From positions 528,515 through 592,514 of the forward strand of contig JBNZDD010013503.1 in NCBI GenBank assembly GCA_050575255.1: a stretch of 64,000 nucleotides of DNA. The letters are read 5' to 3'. The notes below the pieces were generated by a model. It was not told where the DNA came from and made no database searches. It saw only the letters and a list, made by a program, of their open reading frames with translations. The position numbers were made by a program, and so were the translations under genes. The stretch comes from Harriotta raleighana (lineage: Eukaryota). This document shows, piece after piece, positions 1 to 12,890 of the stretch (within the stretch, counting starts at the first letter, position 1; every line of letters starts with the position of its first letter).

Positions 1-530
1 TTCCCTTAATTTTGTATGGTTTTGTATTTATTACTAATGTTGAAAATTCATGATGGAAATATGAAAGGTCTAAATTATGAAATGACAGTTCCTTTACTGG
101 ATGTCAATCCACAAATGCAGCTAAATTGCTGATCAATATAGTGCTAGATTTAAGTTGAATGCATTCATGAGTTCAATTCATAAAGAGCAGCAATTCATGT
201 TGGTTGGAAGAGCTATTAATTGATGCATAATGTCATGATTTATTTGACTGCTTGAAAAATCAATGCTTGTTTGTTTGTATTAGAATATGAGCAAAATGTT
301 GATTAAGTTAAAGGTCAAAAAGTCTATTATTTACCACTGACAACTTACGATACTATGATTTGATGGCTCTCTAAAAAAAAATCTAACTTCCAGTGTAATA
401 GAAACCTTGAGACAGCAATAATTAGGTACAAGAGCTGTTTGCCTTCTTCCTACTTTATTTCCTGAATGGTATTTCAAAACAAAGTTTAACATTTCAACTA
501 GGTTAAATTGTGTCTTTGTGATTCTATTGC

Positions 531-698
531 AATAATAATCCCTCAAAAAACCCAATAATAAATTGGTCATTTCAATTCACTACTGTTTGTGGAGATGCTG
601 CTGTGCACAATTGCCATGTTTCACCCACAAGTATACAGTCAATTCACTTTACAGTATATTCTGTGAAGTACTTTGAGACGTTTAGAAAAGCATTATAT
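531..698 (+). mobile_element. SINE family A fragment (Deu-like core plus L2-type tail)
   Basis: Matches the core and tail of the full copy at 19591 (tgtttgtgg..gctgtgcacaattg..cagtcaattcactttacagtatattctgtgaag). Confidence 0.8.
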
Positions 699-2003
699 TG
701 AGATGATTATCATAACTATTATAAGATTCTTTAAAAAATGGATGAATTCTACTCAGTCTCCCTATTTTTATATTCCAACAAGTTATTTCCTTCTATGAAA
801 CCAATAAATCAGTCAAGATTTCTGGTAATATTATTGACTCCAGTTGGAAACAACCATAATGCAGTGTTATAGCTCCCAAAAGATCATGAACAGAGATAAA
901 GCAATAAATTGCATTATCCTGTGAATACCATTTGATAGAAGATGCTGTTTTAATTGAAACATGTTCATTTCCATCGTATCTTCCCATGATATCAACGTAG
1001 AATTAGTACATAACTTGGTTTGAATTAGCAAATATGTGATGTTATTCCTCATGATCCAGTCCGTTTTTTTTAAAGAAGCCTGTGAACCATTGCCAAAGAG
1101 GCAAGTGCTTTTGTTTTGACTGTGCCTGTTTGCCATCTGTCTTATTTGTTTCTTCAAATATTTAAAAGGAGAGTACTACTACAGACATTATACAATTTCT
1201 TAATTTTCTTAATATTCAGGTGATGTGATGAGATATGATATCTTCTCCGTTGAGTTTCCAATCAGTGACTTTGTTGTTAGGTAGAAATGAAGCATAATAG
1301 ATTTGTTTTGTGATGATCATAATGAAGAGCAGAAGTGTAAGCACCTTGACATCCAGCCACCGAAATCCAGCCATCCAGGGGAGAGTGAAAAGAACAATAA
1401 TTCAGTGAGCATTTTATGCATTTTGTTATGCATGAAAGTATAACATTTCAAATGAATTCTCCACTTTTTGTAGATATCCCTATTGCTTTGGGTTAGTCCC
1501 TTCCTCAGTCAAAATGGTGCACTATTCTGCAATGAACATCACTGAAGGGCTTGATGATTTATCTATCCTGATAAAATGTTGTTGTTCTATCTATGTTGCT
1601 CAAAAGAGACATTTGTAATGTATTGTTACTTAATAGGGATTGGGGAATTATCATCAAATATCTTGTCCACATGAGATGAGAGAAAGGTTTGAGCATGCCT
1701 GTTTTCTGCCCGTGCTTGCATGCTATGTTGCTTTAATTGCCTCTGAAAAGTATTCTGAACTTTGGTGCAAGTGAAAGAGATACAGATTCCGAAAGGGTTT
1801 GTGACCACCAGCTTCTATAATTCTCCTGCACCACCAATAAATGCGATCCGGTATATCCGGAACGTATCCTCATGGAATTGTGAATTATAAAGAGTCTCCT
1901 GATTTATTCTTAATAATCATTAAATCTCTGGAGGAAATGATTGGAGTCCAGGTCTTATTTTATCTAAGGGTCAACCAATGATTCCAGTTGCTTGGTAAGT
2001 ATT

Positions 2004-2265
2004 AATAATAATAATCCTAGCATTTGATATAGTGCTTTTCATGTCTTCTAGACATCTCAAAACGCTTCACAGGATATGCTGTAAAGTGAATTGACTGTAT
2101 ATTTGTGGACAAAACGCAGCAGCCAACTGTGCACAGCAGTGTCTCACAAACAGCCATGGATTGAAATGAACAATTTACTATTGTTCTTTTTCGAGGGATT
2201 ATGTTATTAAGCATGTGGAGTAAGGAAACTTGCCCAAGGTTTCGCCCTGCCTGGAATTGAACCCG
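2004..2265 (-). mobile_element. SINE family A, near full length
   Basis: Reverse complement of the family from the (ATT)n tail to the B-box region (gggttcaattcc on the minus strand). Confidence 0.88.
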
Positions 2266-4324
2266 AATTGTTACTCCACATGCCTCTGTTTACCTAGCAG
2301 TAAATGACAACTAGGTTGTTAGATGATCTCTTTTCCAGGGATAATAATTCCTACAAAAAAATGATGTTTCATCCTGTACTAATGCAACATTTTAGAGGTC
2401 AGTAAACACTAATAATTTAATCATTAGTGTGATACAAACCATTTTGCTGTAAGCAGAATTAGGGTATGATTCCAAATGTAGGTTCACATATCAATCCAAA
2501 TGCCTTCTTCATTTGAAGGGAGAAGATGGATAAACTCAGCAGCTATATTACACTTTATGGTTCTAATCAGTTCTATACTTAGCTCCATTGACTCTCTGTT
2601 GCAGAACGGATCGGTTTCAAAATCCTCACATTCATTTACAAATCACCCAGCCACCTCCCAATCTCTCAAACTTGCTTACAACCCACTCCTCTACCCATGC
2701 GCTTCACTCAGGCAGAAGGAGGCCTAAACTATAACTATGTCTTTTCAGCATGCAAGGTGATCTTTCCAAGATATCATTCCCTGCCTGGAGCTTTTAACAT
2801 TGTTCAATGGATGGAACAATGTGGAGGTTTTTTTTCATTAAAACTGTTCAGTGCTGGGAGTACTAGTTTATATAATAAATAGTTTCTTGTGCGTATTTGG
2901 TGTAGCTGCCCTGAATATTCAATAATAGATGATTGATTAATGGATTAAAAATTGGATTGGAATCGAGAATGATGGCCTTGCTGAATTGATGATTGAGGGC
3001 ATTTCAAATAACTGATGGCATGATCAATATTAGAACTTTTGCACAGTTCCATTGTTGGAATATAATTTTTTTGAAATATAATTTTATTACATTCCAACAC
3101 CATGATGTGAATGAACTATAGAAATAACCTTAATTTAGAGCTAATTTAGAATAGCCTTAAACATTGCTATTTTGTTTATTTTGTGGTATTTTATTTCACT
3201 TGCTATTGCATTCTTCTAACGTACATATATTGCTCAAGGTGTGCTATACTGATCATTCCATTAGACTACATTATATGTTGCAATATATTGAAAACTTAAT
3301 ATTTTCCATGCATTGGTAATACTTTGTGAGAATGAAAGAAGTTGAATATAATAGATGCTTGGCAGTGAGTTGCAAAGCAGTAATTCAGTCAAGTGGTTTG
3401 GGTAACATTTGTTCTTGCGGTTTATAGACATCAGCAGAAATTCAAGATTGAATTACTGCCTTCAATTGCCAGTACTTTTTTTCTATATACTTTACAGTTT
3501 ATTTCACTGCAAACTTTTTTTTACTCTCTTTAAACCATTACATAGCAAGTACATAGATCTGGGTCTATGTAGTGTAATGGAGGCAAAAGAATAGCGAAGG
3601 TGACAGTAATATAGAATACAAATATGGAATGAATTGCATTATTCTGAGTTGTTATTCAGTACGAGATACCAGGAAATAAGATACATATTACTAAACATTA
3701 TAAAATATAAATTGTTGTCTGCGGTGATGGAAAGATAAAGGAATCATTAACCTCTTGGAAAAAAAAAGCAGGGGAGCATAGGATCTGTGACTGTTTGGGT
3801 TAGCAGAGCACTTGTACATCCACATAGGAACATGCAGCTGAAATTGGTCCAAAATGTAGATGGATGAGAGTTTCCTAAGTAGCACTGGGAATCTTTCCAT
3901 CGGTGGTGTGCATTGCAGGGATAAAATAGCATGTGTTAAGCTCATGAAGAGGAGTGTGCACTGTTACACGTACACAACATTTCATATGCGTAAACTGGTA
4001 AGATTACTGAACATGTGGCCACATTTTAATTAATATTTTGAGAATTCTGAATGCATGTCATAATGTTACAGTATTTTCACAAACCAATCCACCTCACTGT
4101 TCCAGCAAGAATGCCAACAAATGCAGAAAGGAACAGTGAGCTGGTGGGAGCAGAGTAGTATTTTCAGGAAAAAAATCTCTGGAGGAAATGTCAGTGAAAA
4201 TAGCACAACACAAACACATGTGGGCAGGTCAGATTTCAAGATAAATGCACATACAGTACATTAAAATCACTGATGTACATTGGTAAATACAAGTATGTCA
4301 AGGGCACTGTAACTAATCACCATT

Positions 4325-4396
4325 CAACAACAATAACAACAACAAAATTACATTTATAGAGTGCCTTTCACATCAGGAGGACATCCCAAGGCGCTG
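4325..4396 (-). mobile_element. L2 LINE 3' tail only
   Basis: caacaacaaaattacatttatagagtgcctttcacatcaggaggacatcccaaggcgctg, the same terminus as the L2 copy at 50161. Confidence 0.8.
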
Positions 4397-4430
4397 AAGG
4401 AGTCATTGATGAAGTCGCACAAGAATATCT

Positions 4431-4572
4431 GGGGAAGACGGGTTTGCAGGGTTATGGGGAGAAAGCTGGTAATTGGGGTTAATGAAAGTGACTTGCTCTG
4501 TCAAAGAGCCGGCACGGACTCGATGGGCCGAATGGCCTCCTTCTGTGCCCTAACATTCTATGAATCTATGAA
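4431..4572 (+). mobile_element. CR1-clade (HER1-like) LINE 3' end
   Basis: gagccggcacggactcgatgggccgaatggcctccttctgtg followed by attctatgaatctatga, the CR1-type (ATTCTATG)-like terminal repeat. Confidence 0.75.
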
Positions 4573-5804
4573 ACATGGAGTAGATTGTGAACTGTTCTGT
4601 TCTATACATAGATTAAAAGGGAATAGAGAAGAAATTTCAAGAGCAACTGGTTAATAATTCCATCTAACAGTATGAACGTTTGTCTGCCAGAGGTTAGTGG
4701 TTCACTGGGCTATTACTGAAATGGCAGTTTGAATGCTTGGCCAGAAACATATGGAACAATCTTGCTAAGTAGATATGATTTTTTATTGTCTCTTCTGAAT
4801 GAGCTGTCAGCAGTGAAATTTAACATTGCAAGAAAACATCCTCAGACTTTTGATATGTGCTGGTAACTCCTGCTTAGAAATAGATGCAGCCCAGCCCATT
4901 CATAGCAAGGAAACACCACTTGACCCAAACAGGATTCCTTCATTAAAGGAAGCTTACTGATCACAGATTTTTCTATTGTTCACTTGTGACAATCTTAATA
5001 AAAATAATTCTATGGGGTTATAAAACATTTAGGTAAAATTTTGACTACTATATTGTTAATAATAGCTGATGTGCAATTACTGACTGTAATTTAGTCTCCA
5101 GTGTCCCTCACTCTGTACACAATTGCTCAGCAGGCTGCAGTAAATGTGGGGAAATCTGTAAACTGCCCCACACTGTTTATTGATGAACATAAACCTGCTT
5201 AAATTTATGTTTGCATCATGATAAACTAGACAATATATATTTATGTGAAACTTTTATATTTTAAAAATAGAGGTACATATTCATTTGGTCGAATTAATAA
5301 GTATAATCTTTTTAATTAACAGTGGTAAAAGCTGCCCTTATTTGCCACAACAGCACCGGTAATACCATTAGTGTTATTCACCATAAGTGGACTCTTCTAT
5401 TATCACAGTAAAACTCTGACATACCGTACTGAATTAGGAATTTGTTCCAGATCAGAAATAGAGATTTTGCTTCCTCCAAGACAAATAGATTTTGACTTCA
5501 CATATTCTTTTTGCATGACTGAGATCAGATCTACATGGTTAAAATGATAGACAAATATTGACAATGTTACGGCACACAAACCACCTTTAAAATAGTTTCC
5601 AAATCTGCATTGTTTCAGATACAGAATCTGCTGAGCTTCCTATTCTGTTTGTAGTTGGACTATGTACCAGTGTGAAGCTTCTCAAGCACAAATATATTGT
5701 TTATGTTTTGTGCTATTGGCCATTTAACAAGAAAATTAAAATGTGGTCTGACTGACCATTTTATTGCCATGAGACTGAAATGATAGCTGCCCAAAGCAGA
5801 TAAA

Positions 5805-6527
5805 AATAATAATGATAATCCTTGCCTTTGATATATTGTCTTACAACAACAACAAAATTACACTTATATAGCACCTTTCTCATCGGGAGGACGTTCCAAA
5901 AACTGAACAGTCAGGTCGGACCCGAGTGGGGGTGAGGGTTGGGGGAAGGGGAAGTAAAGTGGGAGAAGGGGAAGAGTTGGGGGAGGAGCCAAAGGTGCGG
6001 AAGAAAAGGAAGGTCTTGAGATCGGCCTTGAAGGAATAAAGGGAGGAATCAAGGCAGAGGGACTGCGGAATGGACTTCCATAGTGTAGGGGCAGAGAGAC
6101 TGGAAGCCCAGCCATCGATGGTTGGGTGATTAGGGCGGTGGACGCGGAGCAGGCCTGAGTCTGCTNAAGAAAAGGAAGGTCTTGAGATCGGCCTTGAAGG
6201 AATAAAGGGAGGAAGCAAGGCAGAGGGACTGCGGAATTGACTTCCATAGTGTGGGGGCAGAGAGACTGGAAGCCCAGCCATCGATGGTTGGGTGGTTAGG
6301 GCGGTGGACGCGGAGCAGGCCTGAGTCTGCTGAATGGAGGGTGCAGGCAGGCTGATAGGGAGACAGCAGGTCAGAGAGATAGGCGGGGGCAAGACTGTGA
6401 ATGGCCTTGAAAGTGAGGACAAGGATCTTGATTTCGATCCTCTGGGGGATGGGGAGCCTTATCATGTCTTTGAGGCTTCTCAAAGCATTTCACAGAATGT
6501 ACTGTAAAGTGAATTGACTGGGTATTT
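5805..6527 (-). mobile_element. SINE tail split by the L2 insertion (5805-5842 and 6459-6527)
   Basis: The two halves join to aatccttgcctttgatatattgtcttatcatgtctttgaggcttctcaaagcatttcacagaatgtactgtaaagtgaattgactg, the reverse of the family A tail. Confidence 0.75.
5843..6458 (-). mobile_element. 5'-truncated L2 LINE inserted into a SINE tail; contains the N-junction duplication
   Basis: The minus frame encodes [51 protein letters not shown] (L2 ORF2 C-terminus), followed by the 3' UTR and (GTT)n tail. Confidence 0.92.
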
Positions 6528-9500
6528 TATTTTTGTGATTCTGTTGATGTTATCTTGAATAGGCAATGCTAAACTCCACAAAGCACATCAAACGCAGTCC
6601 TATAAATATGAAAATATGAGAAATATAGGGGTTCTAGTACTGGATTTATAAAAAAAGACTTTATAATACTTCATTTCGCTTCTTGTTTTAACATGAAATA
6701 ATCCTTCAGGATTTAGAAGTCTGGTCCAGAAACAAACAAACATTTAAAAAATTGTGACTTGTTCAACAATTGAAACCAGTGGTGCTATAGAAACAGCCTT
6801 CAAGATAAAGGGGTTTGATTTCCATTGTCATGTTAATAGTTGCCTGTAGCATCATTTGCCTCTTTGAATTTTAATAATAGAATATTTTAATATCAGAATA
6901 ATAGAGAACAATAATACAGTACAGTACAACCAATGTCAACGGTGACAACATTTGGTTCTAAAAACCTAAACTAAACCAAATCCTAAAAGGGGACATGATC
7001 CCTGGAGTTCCTGTTTGAATACTTCCCAAATTCAGATTTTACAAAACAGGTGATTTCAAATTACCAGGCACAATACATGTGTTGAGTATACACGCCACTC
7101 GGTAAAGAGTAGGAGATCAGCATCAGTCATTGATATTGTACAGATACAAACTCCTTGTCAACAACCCAAGTTGATTCAGAAGGCCACAAATTGGAATTAT
7201 TTTGTTGCCAGTATAGACTGTTAACCTCTGTTCCACTAAGTATAATTCAGGCACAGCTGTGAAGCAAATTTTCATTTACATTGTTTGAACCATCCATTTC
7301 CATGATACAGTACTTAACTGAGCAATACAGCTATGGTATAAAAGAATATTTTGTCACAGAGCATGCCACTTGATTTGTTACCTAAAAATACACTCTAACC
7401 TCTCTAATAGCACTACATTAATAGGCTCTTTGTAAGTTTTTTTTAAACCACTAGTGTGGCACATGAGCAGATATATTTATAGAACCTCATATATTAAAAT
7501 AAAAAAAGACAGCACATAAGGAATTTTCCTCATGTCAGATATTTCAGAATGCATGCTCATAGTCCAGGTTCACACTCTAACTTTTTATGTTAATAAACTG
7601 TGTGGTTTGGTTATGCGAACAAAAACCTTCAGGTAAAAATAATTATTGTTCAAAGATGGTTGCATGATGTACTATCAGCGAGGGGGAATTGGAGAAATTA
7701 AAGTTGGTGTGCAAAGATTCTCAATACCTCAATTTGAAAATCTTCAAAAACAATCAGTTTGCTGTACTGAATTTTTTTTAAATTCAGATGATTTCTGACA
7801 AGCTTGCAGTTTTATTTTGTTCTGGGTAAGATAATGTAATTAAGAGTTACATGTTGAAGTAATACTAAATCACATTTTAATTAACACAGTACTGGAGTGA
7901 GATTAAATTCAATCTGCTAACAGCAATTGAAAAATAGTGCCTTATTATTCAGCACCAAAAACTACTGTATTTTGTTTGTGATCATCAGAATTTTTTTTCT
8001 TTTTATGAAAGTACAGTCAATAACCAGGGTAGTCATATGAGCTGTCACGCTTTGTGCTGATGAACCTCAGCCATATGTATACCAATCATATCTGAGACAG
8101 GATTAACCACAATCATTGGAAGTAAAATGTTCAACCGCTTTTTGGTTATGTTTTTTACATCATGATTATTATTTTATATGTAAAGAACAAATTCTATTAA
8201 AAAAAATATTAAGGAGAAAGATATGCAATAACTCTTCATTGTGTATGCATTAGTGTGCATCAGTAACATTCTGCTACCAAAGAAATTGGCAAAAAGCCAC
8301 CAGCCCCCTGAACCTTATGGTTCTAGATGAAAAAATTAAACCTTGGAACAGTTCCATATTTGAGTCTGGAAGCCATTTATATACCATTTCAGCTTTCTTT
8401 TAAGGGTTTGTGAATCATTCTTAACTCTCTATCGTTCAATAACTATTGGAACCAACAAAAGTGACCAGGAAGTTGTGTAAGGATCAATTACAAGTTTACA
8501 TCAAAGCACAAAAGAGGTTGAGGTGGATGTAACGATGACTAAATATTATCTTGAGTAGTTCATAAGGGCAATAAAGGTTACTATTCTGCTGGCAGCAATG
8601 GAAAATCAGTGATGTAGGAGGCAGGATGCAGTTACTTATGATGATGTTTGACCTGAGAACAGTGAGCCAGTATTTTTTTTACTTAACTTTTCTGTTCCAT
8701 GGTAGATCTTTGTTTTTTAAAAAATAGATAATTTAATGCCAATGAATTTATGGTTCAGTTGTTTAGTTTTTAACTGTAATCCTACCTTCACTTTGTCTTA
8801 AACTAAATTAATCAGATTGGATCAAGTGAAACTACAGATTGATCCGGATTGACCTATAAAATTGGGAGAATCCTCCCAAGAACTGTAGAACCATCCTGTC
8901 TTATATTGTTTCTGAGATAAATCTTTTATTCAGACATCAGCATTTTTGCTTTTATTTCCCGTACCTTGTCAACGAATTGCATAACTGAAAATGGAAATTT
9001 CTGGGCCTGGGTGTAGGCAGTTCTTAGTTCTCTTAATCGGGAATTGATGAACAATATTGATGTACCTGAAATAAAAGGGAAGTAATGCAATTTTAAAATG
9101 TGGAACTTTTTATGCAGAAGTGTTTCTCTTCTATTCTGTGCCACGTGCTTGTACAGTATCTCTCTGAGAACCATAACTTTCCTTGTGTGACAAATCTATT
9201 CAGTGTAGCACCAGCTCTCTGGTACATCAACCAGATTCTGTGCAACCAAAACATTGATCACAACCCTCTTCAAAACATATATCTTCAACCTTGTCTTTGG
9301 TCAACAACTTTAAATTCTCAATTTCCCTGCTCGGTTTCATTGTCTATCTATCAACTACTTTGAAATATTTATTCTGTGTGCAAGTGCAATTTATTTGGTT
9401 TGACACATGATTAATGCACAAGAGCAAAAACCGCAGCAAGGGCTTGAATTGTAATGAGCATGACTAATTTTTGGTTGTTGACATTCAGAAACAAATTGAT

Positions 9501-10864
9501 ATATTATAAGGCTTACAGTAAGAACAGTAGTAAAGTAAAGGAACATTTAGTTTAAATGAAGTCAATACTGTTCAAGCTGAGGTAAGCAGATAACGTGACA
9601 AATGTTTCTGAAAATCCATTTGACCTTTTGAGCTACTAAAATTATATTTTTATTCCAAAATAGAGGCTCCTCATTGCGAGGTTATTCTGTCAGTTGTTCC
9701 ATGGATAGAAGCAGTGTGGGTTGCAATACTCGTATGGAAATACATGACTCAATTACTTTGCCGATTTAAAATCGTTTCGCTGCAACTTCTTCAAATTCAT
9801 TTGCAGATAACTAGGTTACAGGCCAAGAAATTCTGCAAATGCAAAAAAAAATTTAAACAATTATTTAAGCCTGAAAACAGGAGGCTTTTGCTCTCCAGAA
9901 GTTCAAATTGAGTTAAAAGTCACCAAATTCAGAGAGAATACAACCGAATTTAAATTGGTCCCTTCAGATTTCAAAATCACCTTGAACCTTACCCTTGTAA
10001 ACTATTATACTAGGTTGATTTTACATTTAAAAACACATTCAAAATTGTTAATGGTTGGGAGTGAGTAATGAGGCTGTAATTGAGTCTCAAGCTTCAATGA
10101 TATAAATCACACACATGTAGCTTCAGTGCTTTTTAGATGCTACCTGAGACCTGCGGTACAGTTTTTAACCTCTTCAATTGTTAAATTATAGTTATATCAT
10201 AGGTTCACCCATCTGATAATAATGTTAAAGAGTTAAAAGTATATTGACTGAAAAGTATGAAACTATTCTGAAGTCACTATTGATGATTCAATCACCTGAA
10301 AAGATTTCTTAGCCAATGCAGTGTATTGCTAAAAAAGACAAAAACAAAATCAATGCTCACTTACCTTACAAAACATCCAGCAGACTCTGGTATGAAGGCT
10401 TCACTCGTATCTAATTACTTATCAATCTGAAGATAATATGTTAGGCAATTATTTGTTAATTTAAAGTGGGAAATTGGTTAGCTGAGCTCCATGCATGCAT
10501 TTCAGTTTGCAAGGCAGAGTTCTGCTTTCCCTGGTTATTACAGAGTGGTGCAAATGTACAATATAACTTAGTGCTGTCCATTCATTCCCCTCTATAAGTA
10601 CTGTACATATTTTGTAACTGATCAGGTAATCACTGCAGTGAAACATTAAAACTCATATTTAAGTTCAGCAAAATTAATTCACACTTTTCCATCATATCAG
10701 CAATTGTTTTGAAATCAATCTGTGTTGGTAAAGTTGGTAGAGGAACACTTTTTCAAAAACAGTTGGAATCTGGCTTTCACAGAATGTTATAGCAAACATT
10801 TCTGCAATAAAAATGGACCCCCAAATTAAACACATTGACGTCTCCCGTCACACAAACTACTTTA

Positions 10865-10944
10865 TAGCCTATACTGTGAAGCGCTTTGAGAAGTCTAGAG
10901 ACGTGAAAAGCATTATATCAAATGCAAGGATTATTATTATTATT
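10865..10944 (+). mobile_element. SINE family A tail
   Basis: ctgtgaagcgctttgagaagtctagagacgtgaaaagcattatatcaaatgcaaggattattattattatt. Confidence 0.8.
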
Positions 10945-12544
10945 AAAACAAAGTAAAATGAACAGCAGGAGATAGTCCCAGAATGGAAAAGTGGACAATA
11001 TATTTGTTTTAGAACCAATCCTATCAGCTATTTTACAAGGATAAAATTAGATAAGGCCTTTATGCTTAGTACAAAGAAGTTGACTCTTACAATGAATACG
11101 CTAAACTGAGAATCGTGCCTGCTGAGAAGTTTGAAGGTTAATCTCCAGGGATGGGATGGCCTCACCTTTTTTCCCCTCCACTGACTCATTGTCATAGTTC
11201 AGACTTGAAATGTTTGAGCCCAAATTAGGCAATTTTGCATCCTCTGTATCTACAACCCATCCGTTTGTTTTCAAGGTACTGTACAATCAAAAGTGGTTTC
11301 GCTGAAATTATTTTTTCCTTTTGAGGAATATGGACCGCTGTCATCCAGAGTAGTTACCAAAACAAGGCATACAGCATGTTAGTGCCAGGTGAATCTCTTA
11401 TTTCACAACAGCAAGCAATTCTCTTCCTACCCACCATAAGTTCATATACATTTACATCTGTGGGAGCAGGTAATTAGAGAACACGTACCCAACCCCTTGC
11501 TTGCTGCTTGGTTTCGTTGTAAAAATTGTTTCCTTTTCTTCTTCCCTTTAGTTTTCTAGGAAAAGCAAGCAAAGGCTTGCTGCAGGTTTAAATGAGGATC
11601 AATTCCAACCAGGTGCCTGAGGAGAATATCCCCCATTTGAAAGCTCCACTTAGTACAAATGTTGAGGATTTAATAGCTTGAGTACAAAGTTCTCTGCCTG
11701 CCATTTGAACTACGCACTGCTGGGTTAAGATTTTGTATTTATACTGAAAATAATTGTTGCATTTGATGCAAGTTACCTTATGATGTAAAATGTGTAGTAA
11801 ATTTGTATTTGTTGGCGAGCTTGCTGTTCAGCTTCATCAATGTTAAGCATAGACACAGAGCAAACTACATAAATTATACAGGGAATTATGGTTAATCTAA
11901 TTATTAAAATAAATATATCAACTGAAATGGTGTCGCAACTTTAAAAATGTTAACTATTAACCAATCCTATTCAGAAGATAGGGAAACTGTAGCCCTTGCT
12001 GGCACTACATATTGTATACTGAGAAGCTCTCAGTAAGGGCTGGTTGATGTGAAGCCCAATGTTTGAAGCTTGCTTTTGATGAATATTTAAAATAATTCTA
12101 TTATAGCCTTTATTGAACTTTAGCTGTTTCAAGTCCTTCACTCCAAGGTGCCTGCACTGATGAGAACTTGTTACTGAACAGACAAGAGGAAAATGTGTGA
12201 TTCTGCCCTAAATTTAGATAAAGGTCAAGCATGGCCAGGTGACATGGCAGTTGGTTGAGTAAAGTGCTGCACAAGATTGACAGTCTGTATCTGGATGTAC
12301 GATAGAATGAGGAATGCTGCATTTCAATCCATTTGTTGAAGAAAAGTATCGATTTATTCATTTTAGCTGAAAATATTTGGAAAAATCATCTGGTCAGTTT
12401 GGGGGTGGGGAAACATTTCAGAACAAATTGCCCATTTTGGTGGCTGTTGAACCACCATTCATCAGTTGACATAAATATAAATGTTTCCATCACTTAGGGA
12501 ACTTTAAGACAGTCTGTCTATTTAAGCACATGTTAAATATACTG

Positions 12545-12890
12545 TACCATGATGCTATTTGAAAAGAGAAAGGAGTGTCTCTCAGTGTCCTGGCCAACAA
12601 TGCCCAGATTGCTGTGAAATTTGGCTGTGCATCTGGCTACAAATACACAATCATTAAACTTTGCAGTAAATTATTTTACCGCTTTTGAGAAATTTCAGTC
12701 ACATGATAAGGCAGTGACATCCAACTCACAAGGATTATTCATTCGTGCCTGCTTGTGGGATCTTGTCAGAACAAAATAGCAACTACTGTACATAGCCCGC
12801 AAACACAATCCCTAGACTGAACAATACTTACTTGTGTAGCACTTTGAGGTATTTTAATGTGATTAAGGTGTTGAAAAATGCAAGTTATTT
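12545..12890 (+). mobile_element. Two old, degraded Deu-domain SINE remnants in tandem
   Basis: gctatttgaaaagagaaaggagtgtctctcagtgtcctggccaacaa and ttgtgggatcttg resemble the recalled AmnSINE1/SacSINE1 Deu domain; each is followed by a decayed L2-type tail. Confidence 0.6.

Noticed and set aside
5864-6483. Pro/Ser-rich ORFs with an internal repeat
   Set aside because: These are alternative frames of an L2 fragment running across the artefactual N duplication.
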